Source: Minisyncoccota bacterium (lineage in GTDB: Bacteria; Patescibacteriota; Minisyncoccia; Phycocordibacterales; CALRHW01). From it: a stretch of 64,000 nucleotides of DNA. The translations under genes and the position numbers were made by a program. The stretch is from NCBI GenBank assembly GCA_046350795.1, contig JAXLZT010000001.1, forward strand, positions 245,780-309,779, given 5' to 3'. This document shows, one piece after another, positions 38,177-49,288 of this stretch. Every line of letters starts with the position of its first letter. Positions within the stretch are counted from its first letter, which is position 1. The notes under the pieces were generated by a model. It had not been told where the DNA came from. It made no database searches and saw only the letters and a program-made list of their open reading frames with translations.

Positions 38177-39313
38177 TTAATTATATAATGCAATTGTTTT
38201 TCTTACCATTTCTTTTTGTAGAAATTGTCTCTCAACTTTTTCTTTTAGATTTCTGCCGTAAGTCTGGCGAGTAGCTTCATCGTTTAAAAGGGTAGAAAGC
38301 GCTTTTTGTATTTGTTCTATATTTCCTTTTTCTATGAGTATACCGCTTTTACCATTTTCTATAATCTCTGGTATGCCACCCACAGAGCTAGCTACTACAG
38401 GTAGGCTAGCAAGGCCGGCTTCTGGTATAGAGTATGGCAATGCTTCTGTGCGAGAGGTGAGTGTAAATACATCAAAAGCTTTTAGATATGATTTTGCGTC
38501 TTTTACGTGTCCCAAGAGATGTATTTTGTCTTGGAGGTTTTTTTCTGCAATTAGTTTTTCGAGGTTATTTCTTTCTTCGCCCTCACCCATGATAAATATT
38601 TCAGAGTTAGGATTTTCTGACTCAATTTTTGAGAAAGCATTAATAAGAAAATCCAAACCTTTATTTTTATGTAGTTCTGCCGCTGTTCCTATCCATTTTT
38701 CTGGTGTTATTGTGCCCCCATATATTTTTATGAGTGCTGCTCTAGCTTCTGCACGATCTTTTAGATCAAATGGAGCAATACCATTGTGTATTACGTGTAT
38801 CTTTTTTGAAATAAATGGCCAATGAGTGACTTGTTTTGCCAAGTTTTCTGATACGGCTATCGTTTTATGAGAAAAAACGATGGTGAGCCAGTGTAAAAAT
38901 TTAATAGCTACTTTTGATATGGCATTACGATTTTCATTCCAGGCCCATCCATGTGCGGTAAATATAATATTTGGTACACCAGTGACTCGGCCGGCTAGTG
39001 ATCCTAGCCCGCCTATTTTTGAGCTGTTTATGTGTATTGTATCTGGTTTTTCTTTTATAAAAATCTTTACTAGTTCAAAGAAAGATTTCAAATCAAGAAG
39101 TAAATTTACATCGCGTTGCAAGCTTTTTATTTCTATTGTTTTTATATCTGCGTCGCGAAGCTTTTCTGCAAGCATTCCCGCCTGACCAAAAGCGACAGAT
39201 ACGTCAAACGTCTCGCGAGGCAAGGAGGTCGCTAGATCAAAGACATATCTTTGAGCACCACCAAAATTGCCTTTTGTAATTATATATAGGATTTTATGCC
39301 TTTTTTGCTTCAT
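38177..39313 (-). CDS. GT4 family glycosyltransferase
   Basis: It has a GT-B C-terminal motif EALPYSIPEAGLASLPVVASSVGGIPE. Confidence 0.8.
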   Translation of the reverse strand: MKQKRHKILYIITKGNFGGAQRYVFDLATSLPRETFDVSVAFGQAGMLAEKLRDADIKTIEIKSLQRDVNLLLDLKSFFELVKIFIKEKPDTIHINSSKIGGLGSLAGRVTGVPNIIFTAHGWAWNENRNAISKVAIKFLHWLTIVFSHKTIAVSENLAKQVTHWPFISKKIHVIHNGIAPFDLKDRAEARAALIKIYGGTITPEKWIGTAAELHKNKGLDFLINAFSKIESENPNSEIFIMGEGEERNNLEKLIAEKNLQDKIHLLGHVKDAKSYLKAFDVFTLTSRTEALPYSIPEAGLASLPVVASSVGGIPEIIENGKSGILIEKGNIEQIQKALSTLLNDEATRQTYGRNLKEKVERQFLQKEMVRKTIALYN

Positions 39314-39395
39314 TTAAGGGTATTATAGCACGGATTATAGCCATTTTTCATACTAGCGTATAATCTAAAATCTGCTAGTATAAGGGCACAATACT

Positions 39396-40748
39396 ATGAT
39401 TAATTCAAGAAAAAAAGAGTCCATCTTACTCTTTGTTGGCGACGTTTTCTTTTTCTTCTTTTCGCTATGGTTGATGCTGTTTATTAGATATGGGGCTATT
39501 CCTAATGCGTCACTTTTTTATGATCATGCTTCAGCTTTCTCTTTGCTTTTTGTTGTTTGGATAATCGTCTTTTTTATTGCTGGTTTATATGAAAAACACA
39601 CTCTTATTTTACGTAATAAAATTCCGACGATTATTTTAAACGCCCAACTTATTAATTGTGGTTTGGCGGCGCTCTTCTTTTATCTAATTCCATATTTTGG
39701 CATCACCCCAAAAACAAATCTTTTTATTTATCTCATACTTTCATTTCTTTTTATTTTATTTTGGCGTATATACGGTGAAATGGTCTTTCATGTAAGACAT
39801 AAGCAGAATGCTATTCTCATTGGTAGTGGATCAGAAATGAAAGAGTTGAAACAAGAAGTCAACAACAACCCTAGGTATGATCTATTTTTTATCTCGTCTA
39901 TTGATCTTGAGGGGGTGGAAAGTTTGGATTTTAAAGACGAGGTGTTGGAGCAAATTTATTCAAAAGATGTTCAGGTTATAGTCGCTGACTTTAAAAATCA
40001 TAAGCTTGGTCCAATACTACCAAATCTGTACAATCTGGTTTTTTCAAAAATTCGTTTTATCGATATGAATAAAATTTACGAAGATATTTTTGATAGAATA
40101 CCACTTTCTTTGGTTACTTATAGTTGGTTTTTGGAAAGTTTTTCTTTAGATACGAAGCCTGTATATAATTTTTTCAAACGCGTCATGGATATAGTTGCTG
40201 GATTCGTGCTTGGAATAATCTCTTTGATCTTTTATCCTTTTGTATTTTTAGCGATAAAAATGGATGACGGCGGACCGCTTTTTAGTATTCAGGAGCGTGT
40301 TGGTCAAAATAATCAGCCAATAAAAATGTTTAAATTTCGCACCATGACAACAGCAAATGATGGTGGCAAGTGGGGTGCGGGAAATGAAAATAAAGTAACT
40401 CGTGTGGGCGCTTTTTTACGCAAATCACGCATAGATGAGCTTCCACAGCTTTGGAACATATTATTCGGTAGCATTTCTCTCATAGGTCCTCGTCCAGAAT
40501 TTGCACAGGCGGTCAAGCAATACGAGCACGATATACCATACTACGGTGTAAGACATCTTTTAAAACCCGGCCTTTCTGGTTGGGCGCAGATATATCATGA
40601 TGAACACCCTCATCATGGTGTAGCGATAGAACAAACAAAGGACAAGCTGTCTTACGATCTTTTTTACTTAAAAAATCGTTCTCTAATCCTCGATATAGTT
40701 ATTGCTTTAAAAACAATAAAGAAACTTATCCTTAGGGTAGGGGTTTAA
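39396..40748 (+). CDS. undecaprenyl-phosphate sugar phosphotransferase (WbaP/EPS initiating sugar transferase)
   Basis: It has N-terminal TM helices and the bacterial sugar transferase C-terminal motifs KFRTM...DELPQLWNILFGSISLIGPRP. Confidence 0.8.
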   Translation: MINSRKKESILLFVGDVFFFFFSLWLMLFIRYGAIPNASLFYDHASAFSLLFVVWIIVFFIAGLYEKHTLILRNKIPTIILNAQLINCGLAALFFYLIPYFGITPKTNLFIYLILSFLFILFWRIYGEMVFHVRHKQNAILIGSGSEMKELKQEVNNNPRYDLFFISSIDLEGVESLDFKDEVLEQIYSKDVQVIVADFKNHKLGPILPNLYNLVFSKIRFIDMNKIYEDIFDRIPLSLVTYSWFLESFSLDTKPVYNFFKRVMDIVAGFVLGIISLIFYPFVFLAIKMDDGGPLFSIQERVGQNNQPIKMFKFRTMTTANDGGKWGAGNENKVTRVGAFLRKSRIDELPQLWNILFGSISLIGPRPEFAQAVKQYEHDIPYYGVRHLLKPGLSGWAQIYHDEHPHHGVAIEQTKDKLSYDLFYLKNRSLILDIVIALKTIKKLILRVGV

Positions 40749-40792
40749 TTTTGGGTTGATTTTTAATAGTCTTCTGTTTAAGATAATGCTTT

Positions 40793-42100
40793 ATGACAAA
40801 ATATAGAATATTTTCAGTAGTGCTTTTGGTCGTTATGGTTGGGATTGGGTATTTTGTTTATACGCCAAAATACTCTTTTAAGTTGGGTCTTGATTTGAAT
40901 GGTGGTACAGAGTTGGTTTACAAAGCCGACACTTCTCAGGTGGTTGGTGGCAGTATATCTGACTCGATGAACACGCTTCGTGATGTTATAGAGCGAAGAG
41001 TAAATATCTTTGGAGTATCTGAGCCTATTATTCAAGTTGAAAAATCAAGTGTTGTAAGTGGTGGTTCAGAACAAAGACTGATTGTCGAACTTCCCGGTGT
41101 AAATGATATTGATAAGGCGGTGGCTCTTATAGGAAAAACACCTACTCTAGATTTTAGATTGGAAGAACAAATTGTTGTGCCTCCGACAAACAATGCCACG
41201 ACTTCAAAAACAGAAATCGGTTTTAAACCTACAGGCCTAACCGGAAGACTCTTGGATAAAGCTAGATTGGACTTTAATCAAACTTCTCACGAACCTATAG
41301 TAGGACTCGTTTTCAATAAAGAAGGAAAAGATTTGTTTGCCAAAATTACAAAAGAAAATGTTGGTAAAACTTTGGCAATATTTTTGGACGGTACACCCAT
41401 CTCTACTCCTACTATAAGAGAGGAGATTAGTAGTGGTGAAGCTGTAATATCTGGAAGCTTTACAACTGACGAAGCAAAAACTCTTGTAAGAAATCTAAAC
41501 TACGGAGCTTTGCCTATACCAATAGAGCTTGTTGGCTCACAGACAATAGGTGCTTCTCTAGGATCAGATGCTCTGAATTCTGGAGTAAAAGCAGGAGTCT
41601 GGGGATCAATCCTGGTTATTATCTTCTTGATACTTTGGTATCGTTTGCCTGGAGTTATTGCTTCTCTTGCTTTGGTTTTGTATGTAGCAATCAGCTTGGC
41701 TTTGTTTAAATTGATTCCTGTCACACTTACTGCTGCTGGTTTGGCAGGATTTATCTTGTCTATTGGTATGGCAGTGGATGCAAACGTTTTGATTTTCGAA
41801 AGAACAAAAGAAGAATTGAAGAAAGGTAAAACAATATACGAAGCCGTTCATGAGGGCTTTCACAGAGCTTGGTTGTCTATTCGTGATTCAAATATTTCAA
41901 GCATCATTACAGCTTTAGTTCTCTTTTGGCTAGGTACTGCCTCTGTAAAAGGTTTTGCTTTGACACTGGGTATTGGAGTTCTTGTAAGTATGTTTACAGC
42001 GATAACAGCTACTAGAACAATGTTGTTTGCAATAGTACCAAAAGGATCAGGTCCTATTTCACGATTCTTATTTAGTAACGGTCTTCATATAAAAAACTAA
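40793..42100 (+). CDS. secD: protein translocase subunit SecD
   Basis: It has SecD topology and motifs and sits next to secF. Confidence 0.85.
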   Translation: MTKYRIFSVVLLVVMVGIGYFVYTPKYSFKLGLDLNGGTELVYKADTSQVVGGSISDSMNTLRDVIERRVNIFGVSEPIIQVEKSSVVSGGSEQRLIVELPGVNDIDKAVALIGKTPTLDFRLEEQIVVPPTNNATTSKTEIGFKPTGLTGRLLDKARLDFNQTSHEPIVGLVFNKEGKDLFAKITKENVGKTLAIFLDGTPISTPTIREEISSGEAVISGSFTTDEAKTLVRNLNYGALPIPIELVGSQTIGASLGSDALNSGVKAGVWGSILVIIFLILWYRLPGVIASLALVLYVAISLALFKLIPVTLTAAGLAGFILSIGMAVDANVLIFERTKEELKKGKTIYEAVHEGFHRAWLSIRDSNISSIITALVLFWLGTASVKGFALTLGIGVLVSMFTAITATRTMLFAIVPKGSGPISRFLFSNGLHIKN

Positions 42101-42101
42101 T

Positions 42102-43016
42102 ATGTTTGTAGCAAAATATAGAAAAATATTCTTCATAATCTCATCACTACTTGTTATCGGATCGATAGCTATGATGGCGGTTTTCGGTTTCAATTTCGGA
42201 ATTGATTTTAAAGGAGGATCTTTGCTAGAAGTTTCTTATGGTAACGTTGCTAGACCTTCTCTAGAATCTGTTCAGACAAATATAGACAAATTAGAGCTTG
42301 GCGGTTATTCAGTAAGACCTTCTGGTACTGATAGATTTGTCGTAAGAACTCGTGAGATTAATCCAAAAGAAAAAGCTGAGCTTTTATCAGCTCTTTCAGT
42401 TGATGGAAAAACACTTCCAAAAGAAGAACGTTTCAACTCTATTGGTCCTGTCGTTGGAAATGAATTAAAGAACAAGGCATTTGTAGCTATCGCTGTGGTG
42501 ATACTTGCTATTGTATGTTTTGTCACTTTTGCTTTTAGAAAAGTTTCAAAACCCGTGTCTTCTTGGAAATATGGATTCGTGACTATTTTGGCTCTTGTTC
42601 ACGATGTGATAGTGCCTACTGGCGTATTTATTCTTTTCTCACATTATCACGGTGGGGAAATAGATTTGCTATTTGTTACCGCAATATTGGCTATTCTTGG
42701 ATACTCTGTGCATGACACAATAGTTGTGTTTGATCGCGTGCGTGAAAATTTGAGAATAAACAATGACTCTAGAAACAACGAAGATTTTGAAATTACTGTA
42801 GGAAAAAGTGTTAGCCAAACTTTCGGTCGTTCAATAAATACTTCTCTTACAATTTTCTTGGTACTTGTGGCGTTATACTTCATAGGTGGTGCAACTACAA
42901 AAAATTTCGCCTTCGTACTCTTGGTAGGAGTAATAGCTGGAACATATTCTTCTATATTTATCGCTTCACCCCTACTTATATCTATACAGAAATTTGGTAG
43001 CAGAAAAGCAAAATAA
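42102..43016 (+). CDS. secF: protein translocase subunit SecF
   Basis: It has SecF motifs and six TM helices. Confidence 0.85.
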   Translation: MFVAKYRKIFFIISSLLVIGSIAMMAVFGFNFGIDFKGGSLLEVSYGNVARPSLESVQTNIDKLELGGYSVRPSGTDRFVVRTREINPKEKAELLSALSVDGKTLPKEERFNSIGPVVGNELKNKAFVAIAVVILAIVCFVTFAFRKVSKPVSSWKYGFVTILALVHDVIVPTGVFILFSHYHGGEIDLLFVTAILAILGYSVHDTIVVFDRVRENLRINNDSRNNEDFEITVGKSVSQTFGRSINTSLTIFLVLVALYFIGGATTKNFAFVLLVGVIAGTYSSIFIASPLLISIQKFGSRKAK

Positions 43017-43017
43017 T

Positions 43018-43045
43018 AAAAGCCCCCGAAAGGGGGTTTTTGCTT
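43018..43045 (+). terminator. intrinsic terminator after secF
   Basis: AAAGCCCCCGAAAGGGGGTTTTTGCTTT. Confidence 0.85.
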
Positions 43046-43080
43046 TAAAATGGCTAAATTATTGGCTTGCACAATACCCC

Positions 43081-43108
43081 TTGACTCAAAAACAGATATC
43101 TATATAAT
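43081..43108 (+). promoter_or_regulatory. sigma70-type promoter for 16S rRNA (TTGACT-N16-TATAAT), with an 8-bp palindrome TCCCTATA/TATAGGGA just downstream
   Basis: It is a near-consensus -35/-10 pair about 300 nt upstream of 16S. Confidence 0.55.
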
Positions 43109-43400
43109 GGTGAAATCCCTATAAAAGATATAGGGATGTACTTTGAAATTACTTATACGTATTCACATACGTGCAAGTCAAAAGTTTATTCAAAAATAAG
43201 GAAATTACATTTCCTTGTTTCGACGGCGCTCGGACGATGTGGAAGCAAGCTTCCACTCGCTCCTCGCTTGTCGAAATAATTTCGGATTAAAAAGTTCTGG
43301 GCAGAAAGGACTCTTAAAAACAGGGCGCATTTTAGAAAGATACTATTTTCTATTTTGTTCCGTTCAACAAAAATTTGTCTTCAAAAATAAATTTTTACTA

Positions 43401-44889
<1,489 letters not shown>

Positions 44890-45191
44890 AAATGAAAATC
44901 GTTCTGTTGTTTTTACAACAAAACTTACAGTCGATTTCTGAGCCTCAATTGAGCTCAGAAACGGATTATTGCTAAATATCCTAAAAGTAGCATGACAATC
45001 GGAAAGACGGTTTGAACGGAACAAAATAAAGAATAGTATCTAGAAAAATCGCATACGAAAGTGTGCGGTTTTTCTTTTGTTTGGGTCTTGGGTAGTATCA
45101 TTGACAAATAGTATTTTTAATGATAAGATATAGTGTAGAGCCTGATGATTGAAAACGTGCGTTTTCTCTTACTCAGGAAGTTCTTGGAGAT

Positions 45192-45677
45192 TTGGTTATG
45201 GACAAGCATGACAAGCTGATGATGAAGTTGATTTTCTGGTGCTTCATCGCGCTACTCTGTGCGACCTTCATGGTGACTCCTGTTTTTGCTTCAGGGCAAA
45301 TGTCGGGGGCCACCGGTGATCGTCTCATCACCGCAATCATTGAAGTGGAGTCTGGCAACAATGACTCTCCTGAGCCCGGAGACAAGAACAAGAAGGACTG
45401 GGCCTATGGATGCATGCAGATTCGCCAAGACTGCGTCACGGATGTGAACCAGCGTTTTGGGACGAACTACACATCCAAGGACTGTCATGGCAACCGTGAG
45501 TTGTCAGTGTGGATCTTCCGGAAGTACATGGAGATCTACGCCACAGAAGCTCGTCTCGGCAGAAAGCCGACTGACGAAGATCGCGCTCGCATTTGGAATG
45601 GCGGGCCGAACGGCTACAAGAGGTCTGACACCAAGTCCTACTGGGCAAAGGTGCAGAAGGCTTTGAAGAAGCTGTAG
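45192..45677 (+). CDS. secreted lytic transglycosylase-like (SLT domain) protein in a GC-rich insert
   Basis: It has a signal peptide, the motif IEVESGNN...YGCMQI (an SLT catalytic E-S...G(L)MQI pattern) and ~55% GC. It lies between 16S and tRNA-Ile. Confidence 0.5.
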   Translation: MVMDKHDKLMMKLIFWCFIALLCATFMVTPVFASGQMSGATGDRLITAIIEVESGNNDSPEPGDKNKKDWAYGCMQIRQDCVTDVNQRFGTNYTSKDCHGNRELSVWIFRKYMEIYATEARLGRKPTDEDRARIWNGGPNGYKRSDTKSYWAKVQKALKKL

Positions 45678-45845
45678 AAACAATTCCAGTCGAAATGGGC
45701 GTCGGAGACGCTCGAGGAGAAAAACATGCACAGCATGTAAAAGGACCACCCGCTCGGAGAGTAGGTGGTCTTGTTGTTTACATAGGAGTAAATCTTGTGT
45801 TATCGTCCGTTTTTTGTTAGATTTTATGGGCATATAGTTTTATTT

Positions 45846-45919
45846 GCGCGCATAGCTCAGCTGGTAGAGCATTCGACTGATACTCGAAAGGTCCTAGGTT
45901 CGACTCCTAGTGCGCGCAC
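45846..45919 (+). tRNA. tRNA-Ile (GAU)
   Basis: Hand-folded cloverleaf (acceptor GCGCGCA/TGCGCGC, anticodon loop CTGATAC). It is the typical 16S-23S spacer tRNA. Confidence 0.8.
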
Positions 45920-45954
45920 CCGTTTTGCGCCTTTGTTGGCGCCGTTTTATTTAC

Positions 45955-47376
45955 ATGAATATTCAGAAAAAAACAAAAATTGTTGCAACAATAGGTCCAG
46001 CTACAGAAAGTGAAAAGATGATAGAAAAACTTTTTCTTACTGGTCTTGATGTTGTGCGCTTAAATTTTTCTCATGGTGATCACGAAGAGCATCAAAAACG
46101 TGTAGATATTGTAAAAAAAATATCAAAGAAGATTGGTAAAAACGTAGCTATTTTACAGGATCTTGCTGGTCCAAAGATTCGTATTGGAGATTTTGCTACC
46201 GAAAGAATTCAGCTAAAAGAGGGTCAATTTTTTACTTTAACAACAGAAAAAATAACAGGTGATGAAAAACGTGTTTATATAAATTATCCAAATTTATCAG
46301 AAGATGTGAAAATAGGCGGTTTTGTTTTACTTGATGATGGAAAAAAGAAACTCCAGATAGTGGATATAAAAGACAAAGAAGTAAAATGTCTTGTGGTTGT
46401 CGGTGGTGAGATAAAGGGTAGGCGTGGAGTAAATCTACCTGGTGCATATTTGAAAATTAGTTCAATTACAGAAAAAGACAAAAGAGATTTTGCTTTTGCT
46501 GTAAAAAATAAAGTTGATTTTTTAGCTCTTTCTTTTGTACGCAAACCAGAAGATGTAATTGAGTTGAGAAAAATGATAGAAAGAGCAAAAATCGATACTG
46601 GAATTATATCAAAAATAGAGACACCTGAAGCTGTAGAGAACATTGATAAAATTATAGAGATATCTGATGGAATAATGGTAGCTCGCGGTGACTTGTCTAT
46701 CGAAGTACCCGCTGAAAAGGTGCCGATGATTCAGAAAATGATTATAAAAAAGTGTAATGATGCTGGTAAGCCAGTAATTACAGCAACTCAAATGTTAGAA
46801 TCAATGATAAATATTCCTGTACCCACTCGAGCAGAAGTATCTGATATTGCTAATGCTATTTTTGATGGTACGGATGCGGTAATGCTTTCAGAAGAAACAA
46901 CTCTTGGTAAATTTCCTCTAGAGGCGGTAGGGGTGATGTCTCGTGTAGCTTTAGAGGTAGAGCGTGGTTATCGTGAAAGATCTAGTGTTGAGACTGCAAA
47001 TAATAGTGGAATGGAGATAGTAAATTCTATTACCAAATCTGTGGTAAATATAGCTAATGACGTAGGTGCTAAGCTTATTTTTGCACTTACCGAAACGGGT
47101 TTTTCTGCACGTATGGTGTCACGACATAAACCCAATTCACTTATTATGGCACTATCACCAAACGAAAGAGCTTGTAAAAAGCTTAGTCTGAGTTTTGGTT
47201 GTTACCCGGTATGTATAAAAAGATTTCTAACTCTACCTGATGCCTTTAATTTTGTACGTACTTTTTGTTTAAAAAATAAATTATCAAAAAAAGGAGATAA
47301 GGTTGTTGTGGTGGCTGGTGCCCCATTCAACAAAAAAGGTGTTAAGACAAATATGATTATAGTTGAAGTAATTTAG
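45955..47376 (+). CDS. pyk: pyruvate kinase
   Basis: It has the PK motifs KIVATIGPA and MVARGDLS. The start is taken at MNIQKK. The longer ORF starting at 45910 overlaps tRNA-Ile. Confidence 0.85.
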   Translation: MNIQKKTKIVATIGPATESEKMIEKLFLTGLDVVRLNFSHGDHEEHQKRVDIVKKISKKIGKNVAILQDLAGPKIRIGDFATERIQLKEGQFFTLTTEKITGDEKRVYINYPNLSEDVKIGGFVLLDDGKKKLQIVDIKDKEVKCLVVVGGEIKGRRGVNLPGAYLKISSITEKDKRDFAFAVKNKVDFLALSFVRKPEDVIELRKMIERAKIDTGIISKIETPEAVENIDKIIEISDGIMVARGDLSIEVPAEKVPMIQKMIIKKCNDAGKPVITATQMLESMINIPVPTRAEVSDIANAIFDGTDAVMLSEETTLGKFPLEAVGVMSRVALEVERGYRERSSVETANNSGMEIVNSITKSVVNIANDVGAKLIFALTETGFSARMVSRHKPNSLIMALSPNERACKKLSLSFGCYPVCIKRFLTLPDAFNFVRTFCLKNKLSKKGDKVVVVAGAPFNKKGVKTNMIIVEVI

Positions 47377-47391
47377 GATATAATACTTATT

Positions 47392-47880
47392 ATGGACTTG
47401 CATATTATAAAAAGAAGAGGCTTTACCCTTATAGAGCTTCTGGTTGTAATTGCTATTATTAGTCTACTATCTAGTTTGATTTTGGCTGGTCTACAAGAAG
47501 CTAGGGTAAGAGCGCACAACATTGCTCTGTTAGAAAGTTTTTCTTCTTTACGTTCAAGTGTTGAAAACGAGTTTGTTTCTCTCGGTTCATCATATCGCGG
47601 TATTTGTGATGCTGGTTCACCGGTTATGAACCAGTTAGCGTCTATTGGTAACAATTTTGGTGGTCCATCGGCGATAAATTCACCGACTTTTCCACACAAC
47701 TACGCTTGTTTTGATTGGGAAAGCTTGTATCTGATAGTTTTAAAGATGCCAGACGATTCTTTTTATTGTTTAAGTTCTTCTGATGTTAATGGTAACGCAT
47801 TGGGAAAAATTTATTTTGAATTTGAGTTTACCTATGATCCATTAAATCCCCCAACCTCTTTTCCTTGTAGTAATCCTTAA
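47392..47880 (+). CDS. type IV pilin-like protein with prepilin N-terminal cleavage/methylation domain
   Basis: It has the N-terminal RRGFTLIELLVVIAIISLL motif. Confidence 0.6.
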   Translation: MDLHIIKRRGFTLIELLVVIAIISLLSSLILAGLQEARVRAHNIALLESFSSLRSSVENEFVSLGSSYRGICDAGSPVMNQLASIGNNFGGPSAINSPTFPHNYACFDWESLYLIVLKMPDDSFYCLSSSDVNGNALGKIYFEFEFTYDPLNPPTSFPCSNP

Positions 47881-47890
47881 ACCCTGATTT

Positions 47891-49285
47891 ATGTTCGAAA
47901 AAAAATATTTTAAAAATAAAAAAATTACTGTTATGGGGTTGGGTCTTTTGGGTCGCGGTCTTGCCGATGTGGCTTTTCTTGCAGAATGTGGAGCAGATCT
48001 TATTGTGACAGATTTAAAAAAAGCAGAGGATTTGGCACCCACCCTTCGCAAGCTCAAAAAATTTAAAAAAATAAAATATATACTTGGCGAGCATAGACTA
48101 GAGGATTTTCGCGGTAGAGACATGATTTTAAAATCAGCTGGCGTGCCGCTAGACTCTCCTTTTATTGCAGAAGCACGAGTAAATAATATTCCTGTAGAAA
48201 TGGATGAGTCGCTTTTTGCAAAGCTTGCGCCAGATGTAATCCTGATAGGTGTGACTGGTACTCGCGGAAAGACCACTACTACGATGCTTATATATGAAAT
48301 GCTTTTACATGCAAAGAAAAAGCTCAAATGGAAACAGCGTGTTTTTCTGGGCGGAAATATTCGAGGTGTGGCTACATTACCTTTATTAAAAAAGGCGAAA
48401 CCTGGAGATATTGTGGTGCTCGAGCTTTCATCATGGCAACTTCAGGGTTTTGGTGAATCAAGTCTGAGCCCTCACATATCAGTGTTTACAAACTTTCTTG
48501 ATGATCATCTCAATTATTATGGTGGAAGTCGAGATGCGTATTGGGATGATAAGGCGAAAATATTTACGTCACAGACAGGTGAGGATTTTCTTGTGGCTCC
48601 AAGAGAGATGCTTAAGAATATTCAGTCAAAATATCCAAGCTTGAAAAGTCATTTTATGGTTCCTTTATCTGTGCCGGATTCTTGGCGTTTAAAGATAAGG
48701 GGCGAACACAATAGAAGAAATGCAGAACTCGCTTTTGCTGTGGGTGAAATAATGCAAATAAAGGAGTCTGTGATAAAAGAAGCTTTAGAAAAATTCTCTG
48801 GTGTGGAGGGTAGGCAAGAGCTAGTGGCAGAAATCGGCGGTATTTCTATTTATAATGACACTACTTCTACTACACCTGATTCTCTCTTGGTAGCGCTTGA
48901 AGCTATTGGTGGAGAAAAAAACGTCGTACTTATCATGGGTGGCGCAGATAAAAATCTAGATATGAAACCCGCACTTGATCGTATTCCGGAGTTTGTTACA
49001 ACAGTGGTGCTTTTGTCTGGCGTCGGTACGACAGGATCTGAAAAAATAAAACCAATGTTGGAATCATTGAATGACGTACATTTGGTGGAGGCAGACAACC
49101 TGACTGATGCTTTAGTACACGCATTTTTCTATGCGCGCAGCGGAGACAGTATTTTATTTAGTCCAGGTTTTGCTTCTTTTGGAATGTTTAAAAATGAATT
49201 TGATCGAGGTGATCAATTTAATAAAGCCGTAAAAGAACTTACTGCTCAGACAAAAAAGACCCAAGTACGTAAAAGGAAGAAATAA
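47891..49285 (+). CDS. murD: UDP-N-acetylmuramoylalanine--D-glutamate ligase
   Basis: It has Mur ligase motifs (GVTGTRGKTTTT) and a MurD-like N-terminal Rossmann fold. Confidence 0.8.
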   Translation: MFEKKYFKNKKITVMGLGLLGRGLADVAFLAECGADLIVTDLKKAEDLAPTLRKLKKFKKIKYILGEHRLEDFRGRDMILKSAGVPLDSPFIAEARVNNIPVEMDESLFAKLAPDVILIGVTGTRGKTTTTMLIYEMLLHAKKKLKWKQRVFLGGNIRGVATLPLLKKAKPGDIVVLELSSWQLQGFGESSLSPHISVFTNFLDDHLNYYGGSRDAYWDDKAKIFTSQTGEDFLVAPREMLKNIQSKYPSLKSHFMVPLSVPDSWRLKIRGEHNRRNAELAFAVGEIMQIKESVIKEALEKFSGVEGRQELVAEIGGISIYNDTTSTTPDSLLVALEAIGGEKNVVLIMGGADKNLDMKPALDRIPEFVTTVVLLSGVGTTGSEKIKPMLESLNDVHLVEADNLTDALVHAFFYARSGDSILFSPGFASFGMFKNEFDRGDQFNKAVKELTAQTKKTQVRKRKK

Positions 49286-49288
49286 CAA

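Noticed and set aside
45795-46013. 72-aa ORF overlapping tRNA-Ile, and the N-terminal extension of pyk starting at 45910
   Set aside because: Both overlap the tRNA gene. The conserved pyruvate kinase N-terminus starts at MNIQKK (45955).
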